Shown here piece after piece: positions 38,221 to 48,034 of a DNA stretch of 64,000 nucleotides (position 1 is its first letter; each line of letters opens with the position of its first letter). Made by a program: the position numbers and the translations under genes. Under the pieces are notes generated by a model, which saw only the letters and a list, made by a program, of their open reading frames with translations, did no database searches and had not been told where the DNA came from. The stretch comes from Candidatus Ozemobacteraceae bacterium (lineage in GTDB: Bacteria > Muiribacteriota > Ozemobacteria > Ozemobacterales > Ozemobacteraceae). The stretch is taken from the NCBI GenBank assembly GCA_965140445.1, contig OZ223236.1:2464001-2528000 (forward strand), given 5' to 3'.

Positions 38221-40017
38221 CTATGACTCTCCAACAAGGGTGTCATTGTAAATGCATGAACAGTTTCTTCCACGATTTTTGCACTCGTAAAGAGCAATAT
38301 CAGCTTTTTTGATTAAAACATTCTTTTCACTGGCGTGATCCGGGAAGGTTGCAATTCCAAGGGAAATTGTAACCTTTAGAGCGTGATCCTGACCTGGGAA
38401 ATCAAAGGATTCAATCGTTTTTCTAAACCTTTCAGCTACTAACTGGGCACCTTTTGCATCAGTTTCAGGGAGAATTATTGCAAATTCTTCTCCACCATAT
38501 CTGGCAGGAATATCGACCGTATCTCTGACGGTGAGTTTAATTAATTTTGCTACTTCGATAAGAACTATATCGCCTTGCTGATGGCCATAAGTGTCATTAA
38601 ACTTTTTAAAATGATCGATATCAAACATTATTAGAGAACAGGCGGTATGATATCTTCTAGCTCTTACAACTTCTTCTTCTAATCTTGCCTGGAAGTATCT
38701 GTGGATAAACAATCTGGTTAAACCATCTGTAATTGCAAGTTCGTAAAGTCTTGCATGTTCAACTGCCATGGCTGCCTGCTGAGCAAGGGCCTCTAGAAGT
38801 CTTTGATCTTCTTCAGAGAAGCCTTCACCGTCTTGTTTATTTACTCCATTTATTACACCCGTAACTCTGTCTTTAATTTTTAAAGGAACAGAAATTAGAT
38901 TTTCAATAGAGTTTTCAAAGCCGGAAGTTTGGTCAAAGCTTTTGAAAAGGGGATCTTTATGCCCATCATTAACGATTATTGAATTTCCTGTTTTTAAAAC
39001 AGTCCCGGCAACACCTTCTCCAGACTTGATTTTAACGCTTGATTCAACCTTTTTAACATCTGTATTTGAATCGTTCAATCCAAAAACAATTTTTGTTTCA
39101 AGCTCTTCGGTTGAGGAAGAACTTTGTAGCATAATTGAACATCTTTCTGCTTTTATAGCAGTTACAGCCATTTCCAGGATTTGATTAATTAACTTATCAG
39201 TATCACTCTGGAAGTTCATTGCCTGGCTTGCTTTAAATAGAGTCTCGATTTCGAACATTTTTCTATCAAGAGCTTTATTGTTGGTTTCCAGAGTTGCTAA
39301 CATTTCATTAAATCTGTCAGCGAGGGTACCAATTTCATCGTTTGTTGGGGTTTTTATTCTATAACTTAAGTCACCGCCAGCAATAATTCTGGTTCCTTCA
39401 ATAAGGTTGTCTAAGCCTTTAGTGATGACGTTGGCAAGAACAATTGAAAGAATTATACCTGCAAGAAGTGCGATCATGGCAATGAGAATAATTCTTTTTC
39501 GGCTTGTTGCTTTTGCATCTGCCAGTCGGTCGAAGTTGAATCGAAGTATGACTGATCCAAATCTTGAAGTGCCAACTTTGATTGGAGCAACATAATCCAC
39601 GAAGTTCGGATCATCAGTTGGTAGTCGGGTAGGGGAATCAATTTCTTCAAGTTTAAGCTTTAGCGCTTCAGAAATGGAATCTGCTATTTTGGAGTTAGCG
39701 TCACCCCTTTGTCTATGAGCGAGATATTTGCCATCAATATCAAGGATTGAAATTTCATTAACATCCTGACCACCAGAAATAATTCTTTCAGTGTATGGTG
39801 TTAATGCACCGTATGATTGGCTTATTATGGGTTCCTGACAAGCAATAGCAAGCGTAGAGGAAAGCAACAGTCCTGATTGATCCATACTGGAGCTCAGAAG
39901 CGCTTCTTCTCTAAAGGAAGTATTTAAAGAGTTTAATAGAATTATTAAACCAACAAGTATTGCAATGCCAAAAATAAACTTATTTTTTAGCGATGATCTA
40001 GGCCCGTTCTCGCTCAT
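38221..40017 (-). CDS. Membrane diguanylate cyclase (Cache-like sensor-HAMP-GAF-GGDEF)
   Basis: Two TMs; DEIGTLADRFNEM; GEGVAG…SVPL (GAF); DIDHFKKFNDTYGH, RYGGEEF. Confidence 0.92.
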   Translation of the reverse strand: MSENGPRSSLKNKFIFGIAILVGLIILLNSLNTSFREEALLSSSMDQSGLLLSSTLAIACQEPIISQSYGALTPYTERIISGGQDVNEISILDIDGKYLAHRQRGDANSKIADSISEALKLKLEEIDSPTRLPTDDPNFVDYVAPIKVGTSRFGSVILRFNFDRLADAKATSRKRIILIAMIALLAGIILSIVLANVITKGLDNLIEGTRIIAGGDLSYRIKTPTNDEIGTLADRFNEMLATLETNNKALDRKMFEIETLFKASQAMNFQSDTDKLINQILEMAVTAIKAERCSIMLQSSSSTEELETKIVFGLNDSNTDVKKVESSVKIKSGEGVAGTVLKTGNSIIVNDGHKDPLFKSFDQTSGFENSIENLISVPLKIKDRVTGVINGVNKQDGEGFSEEDQRLLEALAQQAAMAVEHARLYELAITDGLTRLFIHRYFQARLEEEVVRARRYHTACSLIMFDIDHFKKFNDTYGHQQGDIVLIEVAKLIKLTVRDTVDIPARYGGEEFAIILPETDAKGAQLVAERFRKTIESFDFPGQDHALKVTISLGIATFPDHASEKNVLIKKADIALYECKNRGRNCSCIYNDTLVGES

Positions 40018-40038
40018 TACTTAAATTTCTCTTCTTTT

Positions 40039-41007
40039 TTAATTTTTGTGCTTGTCCAAAAGATTGTGCACTTTTTCAATATAGTCATAATCTTCGTTTC
40101 TAGCTGGTAGGAAACCTTCTACGTCTGTTAAGTCTTTTAAGACTTCCTTCCCTTCAGGTTTGTTAACATTTAAATCAAGGAAAGCCTGTCGGATTTTTTC
40201 GATAAGGTCTGCTGGCAGGCTTTTTCTACAAACTATAGGTTCATTTGAAATTTCCTGGGTAGTAGCCAAAATTGTTAGTTCATTAATTTTGTCTTTATCT
40301 TTAAGTGTATTTACACGAGCATCATCGTAACAAGCTCCTGCATCATATTTGCCCAGCAAAACGTTAAGAACTGTCGCATCATGTTTGCCGAGGAAAGATG
40401 TTTCTGTAAAATCCTTGTCTGGATTTATGCCAGCTTCCAGGAGAAGAGCTTTCGGAAAGATGTATCCAGAAGCAGATTCTTTATCTACCCACGCAAATTT
40501 TTTGCCCTTCAGTTCACTAAGACTTCTAATTCCACTATCTTTTCGGGCAATGATGATTCCCTTGTATGAAGTTGTTCCAAAGCGTATAGGCTTAACGAGG
40601 AGCTGAACTTCACTTAGTTTTCTTGCTTCAACAGCTGACTGACTCGCAAGCCATGCAATATCAATTTCGCCCTTAACAAGCATATTCAAGATTCCATGAT
40701 AGTCTGGAGCCGTGCGTAATCTGGTTTGTTTTACACCAAGTTTCTTGGTTAAGTAATCAAGAAGCTTATTGTGTTTTGAAACCATTATGGTTGAATTTGT
40801 AAATGGAATTCTTCCAAGTTTCAAAATAGTGTTCTTATAGGCCGACCCAGACGAATCTGTTGTTTTATTCGTTACAACGGGGTTTGTAGGTGTTGGTGGT
40901 TTATTCTTTGGGGTTTCGCTACCGCCACAACCGATTAGCGAGGAGAAGAATACTGCAAAACCTAATAAACATATGCTGTGAAAAATCGCCTTCCTCATTG
41001 TGCTCAT
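40039..41007 (-). CDS. PhnD/PtxB-family substrate-binding lipoprotein
   Basis: Lipobox LIGC; Y.GIIIAR.DSGI, ELKGKKFAW, SASGYIFP, GKHD, DAGA. Confidence 0.85.
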   Translation of the reverse strand: MSTMRKAIFHSICLLGFAVFFSSLIGCGGSETPKNKPPTPTNPVVTNKTTDSSGSAYKNTILKLGRIPFTNSTIMVSKHNKLLDYLTKKLGVKQTRLRTAPDYHGILNMLVKGEIDIAWLASQSAVEARKLSEVQLLVKPIRFGTTSYKGIIIARKDSGIRSLSELKGKKFAWVDKESASGYIFPKALLLEAGINPDKDFTETSFLGKHDATVLNVLLGKYDAGACYDDARVNTLKDKDKINELTILATTQEISNEPIVCRKSLPADLIEKIRQAFLDLNVNKPEGKEVLKDLTDVEGFLPARNEDYDYIEKVHNLLDKHKN

Positions 41008-41067
41008 ATCTCCCGTTTTCTGACTATTTTCATTATGTATACCATAAAAATATTTTTCTTTTCTAGT

Positions 41068-42441
41068 TTAATTCTTTGCTTCTTTTATTGGTAGATTTAG
41101 TTCAACTTGAATCTCTTTAGAGGAGGTTCTAACCAGAACGGTTAGATCAACAAGATCTTTTAATACCGTTAGATTTGTTATTGGTGGAACGCCTTTATCT
41201 CTCAAAAGTGGTGATTGAAGCAATCGTTGCAGTTGATAGTTAAAGTCTTTGAAGGTTATGCGCCAGTAACGCTGAACACCTTTGGGAATCTCCAGACTTA
41301 AATTTTTAGCGGAATCGCTATTTTTAAGAAAATTTAGTTCATCAGCCAGATTGTCCTTTGAAGTTGCAATGACCAGATGATCATTCATAATTCCTGCATA
41401 GGCTGCGTATTGTGGAAGGATAAAATAGCTAAGTTTAACCATCGGAAAAGGTTCTGTAAAGGTTTTTACGTAGACTCCAAGTTGAAGGCAAAGTTGTTTT
41501 AATTTATCCAATATTCCGATAAAACGTTTTGGAAACTTTATGGGGGCCACAATTCTCAGATCTGGAAGAGAGTTATCCCCGGATGGTTCAAAATCAAGAT
41601 AAATAATGCTTTGATCTGCTGCGTGAACAAGAATATCTCGTTGCAAGTCCAGACCTGCAGATGCAAGAAAACTTTCAACAATTTTGGTCTGTGGGATTTC
41701 TTCTAAATCTTGGTAGAAATTCTTTGAATGAATATATGGGTGAGTTTGGCAAAAGGTAAAAATATGGTTTGGATTGATAATATTTTTAAAATTTAGATCC
41801 TGGGAACTAAGTAAAGGTTTAAGCTCACTTGCAATAGAGCTTTCGTTTAGTTTCACATTTATTCTGAAACTGAAACCTTCATTTGAAAGCAGGCCCCCGA
41901 AAAGAATAAAATCGGATATACCTAGAAAAGGCAAAATCTGAGTTTTCATCTTTTCAATTTGCGCTGGTTTAAGCGTTGGATTTGTTTCCTGAAGTTTTAG
42001 TAACTTCTCAAGAGAAACTAAAAGGTTTTTACCTGAACAAACTCCAGAGAGTTTTATATGGCCTGTTGGCAGGTTTTCTGGAAACAGCTCTTTTATTTGT
42101 GCTAGATGGCTTTGCATCAATTTTGCGACAGCCTCTTTTTGGTTGTTTGTTAAATCTTTACGTGGACTTAAAAAATTAGAATCAGTTGCTACTTCTGCGG
42201 TAGAAAAATTACCCCATATGAGCGTTGTATCTTTAGTCGTCCAGTATTTATTTATAACTCTCCCAACTCTTCTTAAAAACTGTATGGGGACATTCCCTGG
42301 TTCTTCCAGAAATGAATTAGATTTTTCAAGTTTTAGGCCGTAAACAGGCTGTAAAAGTTCTTCTGAATATGCAAATTGAATACTGGAAAAAAGTAAAATA
42401 ATCAGAATGAGGTTGAACCTGAAGATTTTTCTTTTGGTCAT
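41068..42441 (-). CDS. Exported hypothetical protein
   Basis: 457-aa ORF with a signal peptide; no motif recognised. Confidence 0.65.
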   Translation of the reverse strand: MTKRKIFRFNLILIILLFSSIQFAYSEELLQPVYGLKLEKSNSFLEEPGNVPIQFLRRVGRVINKYWTTKDTTLIWGNFSTAEVATDSNFLSPRKDLTNNQKEAVAKLMQSHLAQIKELFPENLPTGHIKLSGVCSGKNLLVSLEKLLKLQETNPTLKPAQIEKMKTQILPFLGISDFILFGGLLSNEGFSFRINVKLNESSIASELKPLLSSQDLNFKNIINPNHIFTFCQTHPYIHSKNFYQDLEEIPQTKIVESFLASAGLDLQRDILVHAADQSIIYLDFEPSGDNSLPDLRIVAPIKFPKRFIGILDKLKQLCLQLGVYVKTFTEPFPMVKLSYFILPQYAAYAGIMNDHLVIATSKDNLADELNFLKNSDSAKNLSLEIPKGVQRYWRITFKDFNYQLQRLLQSPLLRDKGVPPITNLTVLKDLVDLTVLVRTSSKEIQVELNLPIKEAKN

Positions 42442-42593
42442 CTTTTTACTCTCTTAATTTTAAATTTCCCTGATTATAGCATATTAAAATAAACTTCTTT
42501 AACCTGAAGCTTCATTTGAAGAACAAATATTATTTATAATATGCTATGTATATAGAGTAGAATGAAGAAAATTCATATGATAACCGAAAATAA

Positions 42594-44963
42594 ATGAATA
42601 AAAGAGGCTTTTTACTTTACATTGTTGTAGCAGTGCTCTTTGCATTGGCTATTTTGGCATTTGCTTTGAATAGTTTAAAACAAGGCGCTGTAACTCAACT
42701 TGCTAAAAATGTAGATCAAAATAGATTAACTCTCCTTGCTCAATCAGCAAATAATGAAGTATTTGCAATGATTCGATCCCAGGTTAATGAAGCTAGTGAT
42801 AGTTCTATTTTTCAGAAATTTCGCGAGATTTTTCCTGGAACAGATGGCACTTCTCCTTCTTTGCCCGCAAGAATTTTGTTATTCAACAATTTTATTCCAT
42901 TAAAAACATTGGAATTGGCGCAATCGGCAGGTTACAAACTAAAAATAAAATGTAAAGCAGTTTTGCATGTATTTAAAAGCGCACCATATAAATCTGTTAC
43001 TGCTTTTAATGGCTACCTGGATGTGTATTCTCAAGCTTATCGTGAGAACTTTGAAAGCAATTCTATTGAAGTCCATGAAAGACGAGAAGTAAGATTGGTC
43101 GATCTTCGACATAAGCTTGATAAATATGTTCTATTTGTAAAAAACTATTGCCCGGATTTTAATAATCCCCAGTATCGATTAGTTGTACAGGGAATTTCTC
43201 CTGCTGGCCCGGACATTTCAAAAGTGTATGTCGGTAGCTATGATTATCCGGAGTGTGACGACCCGCAAAAAAATCTTTGGTTCGATTTGAATCTTAAAGA
43301 AGCAAATACATTGCCGGGATTAGGAAAACTTTTTGATCTTTCAGGTGGATTAACAAAATTTGATGGGGCAGGTGCAAAACAATGCATGTTGAATGTTTCA
43401 AAAGTTCAATTTGCAACTCTTGGCGGGGTAACAGTTGATCAATTTACTTCTGTTCCAGCTGTTATGTATGTTTACGAAAAATTTGTGAACACTGCTGCTG
43501 ATGGTTGCTTTGGATCTTCTCAACCATTTAAGCGTGGAAGTGAATTAACAACCAAATGTAAGAATGCGTTGCCGCACTCCAACTCAAATGCTATCAGTTA
43601 CAGGGTTTGTGATGATTTTGCAAAAAATGCCAATGGTTTTGACTATTCTAAATGCGAAATTTTTAAACAAATACTTGGCACTTGTGTTGAAAAATGGGAA
43701 TACCACTTTGGATACACCGACGCCGAGTCAATTTGGTCGGTAAATACTGCTGTTAAACCAAAAATTCCCCTTCCAATGGCTTGGGCCACAGCTTTGGCAT
43801 ACTGTGGTCTTGCAACTACCACGGCTGATTTTCGTGATAAAGGGCCATATTTTGCCGAGTATCTAGATAAATCAGGAGGGAAACCTTTTAATCCAGAACG
43901 CTTTAGAGTAGGAAAGATGCCACTATTGTACGGTGAAGATAAAGATACTCCTGTTCTGGTAGAGGGGCCAGCCTATCTAAGATTCTTTAAATTAGCCTAT
44001 TTCAATGATTTTTCAACATCTATCTCATATGGTAATGAATCTGGCGGAAACTATACCGAAATTGAAGTTAAGGTCGAACCAGAACCAGTTCCCATTTATT
44101 TTAGAAGGAACGATAAATCAAAAACTTTTCAAAATACTGTGATAAGTCCAAATCTATCTCCATCTTCATATTTCCAGGAAAGATATCTTATGAGTAGAGC
44201 AGTGGATGATCTTTCAATCAACTCATTACTTGGAGAAACTCTTTCATACTTTGATGGAGATGGAAATGCGGTTACAATTAATCCTCTAAGTGGCCCTCAT
44301 CCAACGTTTGAACTTCCAATTCAGCCTTCCGGATCAAGTTATGAGGGAGTTAAATGGGGAAGAATAATAGACTTTAAAACGGTAAGCAGAAATTATTCAA
44401 ACCCAGAAGCATTCTTAAATGAGCGCGTTGTTGATGATACGCTTTTTGTTGATGGAGTTATTTACATTGAAAGTGGTGACCTTGATTTGTCAAAAGTCAG
44501 GCGATTTTATGGCAAAGGTATGATTTATCTCGGGAAGGGAAATTGTAGCCTTGGAAACCTCAAAAGGGCCAGGAGCCCTGATGAATATCCTGATTCTCTT
44601 CGGCTATATCTTAGACAAGGGGATTTTATAATTAAATCATCTGCCAATGAGATTGAAATACAGGCTTCTTTAGCGGCGTTTTACTATCCATTTGGCCAGA
44701 AAACTCCGCAAAAGCAAGGTAGTTTAATTATAAATGGAAAGTCATTGGTTCGAGTTTATGGCAACCTGTTGGTCGACTATTTGTATACTCAGGCTAATGA
44801 CGGATCTGGCCTGGCCAAAGATGGAAAGCTTGAGATAATGCATGATCCAATGATTTATGATCCCGCTTATGAAGATGGAAGCTTTAAAGGTGACCCTTAT
44901 CATATAAGTATCGCGCCGGCAAAAAGTTTGTTTAGCATTAATGCTGGGGAGAAAACATTTTAA
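42594..44963 (+). CDS. Large PilX/GspK-like pilin-type protein
   Basis: MNKRG|FLLYIVVAVL class III-like leader lacking Glu5; LAQSA..E helix; Cys-rich body. Confidence 0.65.
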   Translation: MNKRGFLLYIVVAVLFALAILAFALNSLKQGAVTQLAKNVDQNRLTLLAQSANNEVFAMIRSQVNEASDSSIFQKFREIFPGTDGTSPSLPARILLFNNFIPLKTLELAQSAGYKLKIKCKAVLHVFKSAPYKSVTAFNGYLDVYSQAYRENFESNSIEVHERREVRLVDLRHKLDKYVLFVKNYCPDFNNPQYRLVVQGISPAGPDISKVYVGSYDYPECDDPQKNLWFDLNLKEANTLPGLGKLFDLSGGLTKFDGAGAKQCMLNVSKVQFATLGGVTVDQFTSVPAVMYVYEKFVNTAADGCFGSSQPFKRGSELTTKCKNALPHSNSNAISYRVCDDFAKNANGFDYSKCEIFKQILGTCVEKWEYHFGYTDAESIWSVNTAVKPKIPLPMAWATALAYCGLATTTADFRDKGPYFAEYLDKSGGKPFNPERFRVGKMPLLYGEDKDTPVLVEGPAYLRFFKLAYFNDFSTSISYGNESGGNYTEIEVKVEPEPVPIYFRRNDKSKTFQNTVISPNLSPSSYFQERYLMSRAVDDLSINSLLGETLSYFDGDGNAVTINPLSGPHPTFELPIQPSGSSYEGVKWGRIIDFKTVSRNYSNPEAFLNERVVDDTLFVDGVIYIESGDLDLSKVRRFYGKGMIYLGKGNCSLGNLKRARSPDEYPDSLRLYLRQGDFIIKSSANEIEIQASLAAFYYPFGQKTPQKQGSLIINGKSLVRVYGNLLVDYLYTQANDGSGLAKDGKLEIMHDPMIYDPAYEDGSFKGDPYHISIAPAKSLFSINAGEKTF

Positions 44964-45274
44964 TGGATCAGGCTAGATGGCTAATAGTTTTTTCTGTGGT
45001 AATTTGTATGATCGCGACTCTTACAATATTGGGTCGCATTTACAAACCAGAGGTAATTTACATTGATAGTGAATCTGGTGAGGTTGCTCAGAAAACAGTT
45101 AACGAAGTTGAAGCTCAAGATTTTTCCTATGAGCCAAAAGCCTGGAAAACCAGAAAAAATAAAAATATTAAATATTCCCCACCTCCTAAACAGGTGTTTG
45201 CTGTAGAATCTCCAACGGCATTTCAGGATGAAAGCCGGCGAATTTCGGAGGATGGAAAAATAATTGGAAACTAA
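44963..45274 (+). CDS. Small single-TM hypothetical protein
   Basis: TAATG coupling; N-terminal hydrophobic helix. Confidence 0.6.
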   Translation: MDQARWLIVFSVVICMIATLTILGRIYKPEVIYIDSESGEVAQKTVNEVEAQDFSYEPKAWKTRKNKNIKYSPPPKQVFAVESPTAFQDESRRISEDGKIIGN

Positions 45275-45842
45275 TCGCCAAAAAGAAAAATCGAAAGTTG
45301 CTAAATCAGGATTAAGTTTTGTTGAAATCCTTATTGCAATAATGATCATCTCTGGATGCGCTGTTCCTATTGTTTATATGCTTACATCTTCAAGAACAGA
45401 TACTTCTAAAGCGATTAATTATCTTAGAGCAATGGAACTCGCCAATGAGGCAATTGAATGGGCAACGGTAACTCCTTTTGAAAAACTGACAGACGAGACT
45501 TTTTCTGCATTTTGGGGTTCACTTGTGACTGATGGAGGCGCTGGGTTAGCTCCAGATGAAGTCGCTGTAGTTGCGCCAGATCACCCTGTTTGGAGTTCAG
45601 ATGGGGTAATGGCAAAGAAGTTGAGCTACTCAGAACAATACAATAAAGCCTTTTTCTTCAGAGAGATTGAAATTGAAGATGTTTCGGCTGCTTATCTCGG
45701 AAAAAATATGATGAAAAAGGTTTCAGTAACAATAAAGTGGTGCGAAGGAAAAATGCCTGGGAATATAAACAACGGTGACGACAGAACTCGTCAGGTGCAG
45801 TTATCTGTTTTAATTGGCAATGATGCAAATTTGTATTTTTAA
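45264..45842 (+). CDS. Type IV minor pilin (PilV/GspI-like)
   Basis: KSG|LSFVEILIAIMI prepilin motif; A..LA.EAIE; KKVSVTIKW. Confidence 0.75.
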   Translation: METNRQKEKSKVAKSGLSFVEILIAIMIISGCAVPIVYMLTSSRTDTSKAINYLRAMELANEAIEWATVTPFEKLTDETFSAFWGSLVTDGGAGLAPDEVAVVAPDHPVWSSDGVMAKKLSYSEQYNKAFFFREIEIEDVSAAYLGKNMMKKVSVTIKWCEGKMPGNINNGDDRTRQVQLSVLIGNDANLYF

Positions 45843-45852
45843 AGGTGATGGA

Positions 45853-46533
45853 ATGAAATTTTTCAGAAAAAGAAGAGCTTTCACTTTTATGGAAATGACT
45901 GTTAGTGTATCTATTGCTCTTGTTGCCTTTTTAATGATTTATAAGTTTATGACAAGCAGTCGTCACCATTACATGTACGGAACTGTAAATCTTCAAAATC
46001 TTCAGGAAGCAAGATTGGCTATAAATTTTCTTCGACGGGATTTTTCCTGCGCCTGTCCAAGATTTGAAGAAGGCGGAGCTGGTAACTTTCAATCCATTCA
46101 AAAATTGCAGAAACAAGTTTTTGATACTGGCACTGTAATCCCTGACGCAAAAGGCGATTTAATTTTGATAACCGATCAGGGAATAGCATTTCATAGATTT
46201 AGATTTGATTCGCCGGATGTTTTTCCTGTTGTTGAAAGGGTTACTTATGATTATGATCCTACGGCAAAAACTCTCACCAGAAGATCTGAAGATGGAAGAG
46301 TAAACAGTTTTACTGGTTTTGATAATGTTCAGTTTAAATTATATACACACCTGTTAAATAATAAAATTCCCATACTTTGGGTCAGTTTAAAAATCCATGA
46401 AGGCGAAAATATTTATGGATCAGAAAAAGTTGGAACTGAACTGGAGCTTACCACAAGCATAACTAGCCCCTATATCAGCAGTAATTTAAGTAATCTTTCA
46501 TGGCGAAATGAAACGGGTCATAAAAAAATGTAA
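45853..46533 (+). CDS. Type IV minor pilin (PilW/GspJ-like)
   Basis: Start MKFFRKRRA|FTFMEMTVSVSI; QEARLAINFLRRD. Confidence 0.75.
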   Translation: MKFFRKRRAFTFMEMTVSVSIALVAFLMIYKFMTSSRHHYMYGTVNLQNLQEARLAINFLRRDFSCACPRFEEGGAGNFQSIQKLQKQVFDTGTVIPDAKGDLILITDQGIAFHRFRFDSPDVFPVVERVTYDYDPTAKTLTRRSEDGRVNSFTGFDNVQFKLYTHLLNNKIPILWVSLKIHEGENIYGSEKVGTELELTTSITSPYISSNLSNLSWRNETGHKKM

Positions 46534-46604
46534 AAAAAGTTGCAACAAAGTTGAAACTTTAAGCGTAACTTTACTGAATATAAAAAGTAGTAGGAGGGAC
46601 CTTC

Positions 46605-47480
46605 ATGAAACGCTCAAGACCAATTTTATCCTGGATCATATGTTTTGCACTTATTTTTAACCCCATTTTGTTTGAAGCGGCCTTATGGGCACAAGATGAA
46701 AAACTTCAAACCGCTGAAGATCAAGCTGTTCAAGCTACCGAAAAAGCAGATGATGCTTCGGAACAATTAGATGAGACAGACACTAAGTTGCAGAATACTG
46801 GAAAGATTAAAAAGAAAACTCTGATGTCCGGTAGTACCAAAAGAAAGATTGATAAAGCTAATGCTGCATTATCAGACGGTAAAGTCCAGGTAAAAGACGC
46901 AAAGGCTCAGACCAATGATGTTAAAGAATCTGCAAAAGATGCAGTTGGCGAATTTCAGGCAATTGGCGATACAGTAAAAGGCGATGGAAATGCCTTTGAG
47001 AAGGTTTCAAAAGTTACTGCTGGTATCCAGAAAGCCCTTATTAAAACTGGACAGCTTCTACAAAAAGTTGGAAAGCTTCTTAAAACTGTAGGTCAGGTTT
47101 TAATGACTGTGGGAAAAGTTCTCTCTGCGATTCCTTGGACTTCCGCTATTGGACAGGCTCTTGAGCGTATTGGTGATATAATTTATAAAGTTGGAAACGT
47201 TCTTGAAAAGATTGGTCAGGTAATTGAAAAAATTGGTCAGACTGCTGCAAATGCAGATCAAGGCTTTGGTGATATGCTTGGTCAGATTTTCCAGGCTGGT
47301 AAAGATGGATGGACTGAAGGAGCAAAAGGTGCTCAGGACTTTAGAGATTCATTAGACAACGAAGCTGCAGGTGCTGATACTTCAGAAAGCATGGGCGGCG
47401 CTTCTGAATCAACAGAATCTGATACTGGATCGGATGCTGATACTGTGGAAGATGCAGAACAGGACGTAGCTGATATTTAA
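46605..47480 (+). CDS. Secreted α-helical protein with Gly-heptad hairpin and acidic tail
   Basis: GGAGG RBS; signal peptide (LWA|QD); G-x-x-[LI]-x-x-[VI] repeats. Confidence 0.75.
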   Translation: MKRSRPILSWIICFALIFNPILFEAALWAQDEKLQTAEDQAVQATEKADDASEQLDETDTKLQNTGKIKKKTLMSGSTKRKIDKANAALSDGKVQVKDAKAQTNDVKESAKDAVGEFQAIGDTVKGDGNAFEKVSKVTAGIQKALIKTGQLLQKVGKLLKTVGQVLMTVGKVLSAIPWTSAIGQALERIGDIIYKVGNVLEKIGQVIEKIGQTAANADQGFGDMLGQIFQAGKDGWTEGAKGAQDFRDSLDNEAAGADTSESMGGASESTESDTGSDADTVEDAEQDVADI

Positions 47481-47494
47481 AATATTTTCTTTGC

Positions 47495-47523
47495 AAAAGC
47501 CGGGGCGCCCCGGCTTTTTTTTT
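47495..47523. terminator. Bidirectional intrinsic terminator
   Basis: Palindrome AAAAGCCGGGGCGCCCCGGCTTTT plus T-run. Confidence 0.85.
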
Positions 47524-48034
47524 ATCCCAATTTTCTGAGCAATTCTTTCTCCGCTTCTGATAAGAGCTTTTCTGTATCAGTAGAGGGTAAATTAAGATAT
47601 TCAGCTAATAAATCATTTGAGACATTCAATAATTTTGCAAGAATTAAAACCTTTTTAAAATTAGTCTCCAGGCTTCGAATTGCAGAAAGTAAATTTTTAC
47701 TGTTGTCTGAAAGATTAAGTGGGACAGATGATATGTTGGTTATAGTTGATTGTCTTATACTTTCTGGTGCTGCTTCAGAAAGTTGAATTGCATATTTCAA
47801 AACTTCAGGGAAAAATGGTTGGTAAGGATTCATTTTCGAGCGGTTTTTAAATAGAATCTCAAAAGAATTTAAAACTATGGTTTGTGCAAAAAGTCTTTCC
47901 CCTGTCCAAAAATACATAAACCTGATCAGGCTATCTTGATATTTCTTTGCAAGACTCAGACAAGATTTGTAATCACCTTCTATCATCTTTTTAACCAGCA
48001 ATGTATCGTTTTGTAATTTCAAATCAGTGTTCAT
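47522..48034 (-). CDS. Degenerate ECF-type sigma factor-like protein
   Basis: D..LV…GD….L…Y…L (sigma2 start) and AIRSL…KKVLIL…LAEYLNLP (sigma4) pattern; 170 aa. Confidence 0.6.
   Translation of the reverse strand: MNTDLKLQNDTLLVKKMIEGDYKSCLSLAKKYQDSLIRFMYFWTGERLFAQTIVLNSFEILFKNRSKMNPYQPFFPEVLKYAIQLSEAAPESIRQSTITNISSVPLNLSDNSKNLLSAIRSLETNFKKVLILAKLLNVSNDLLAEYLNLPSTDTEKLLSEAEKELLRKLG

Noticed and set aside
46605..47480. Phage tape-measure protein
   Set aside because: Has a signal peptide, is short, and no phage genes are nearby.
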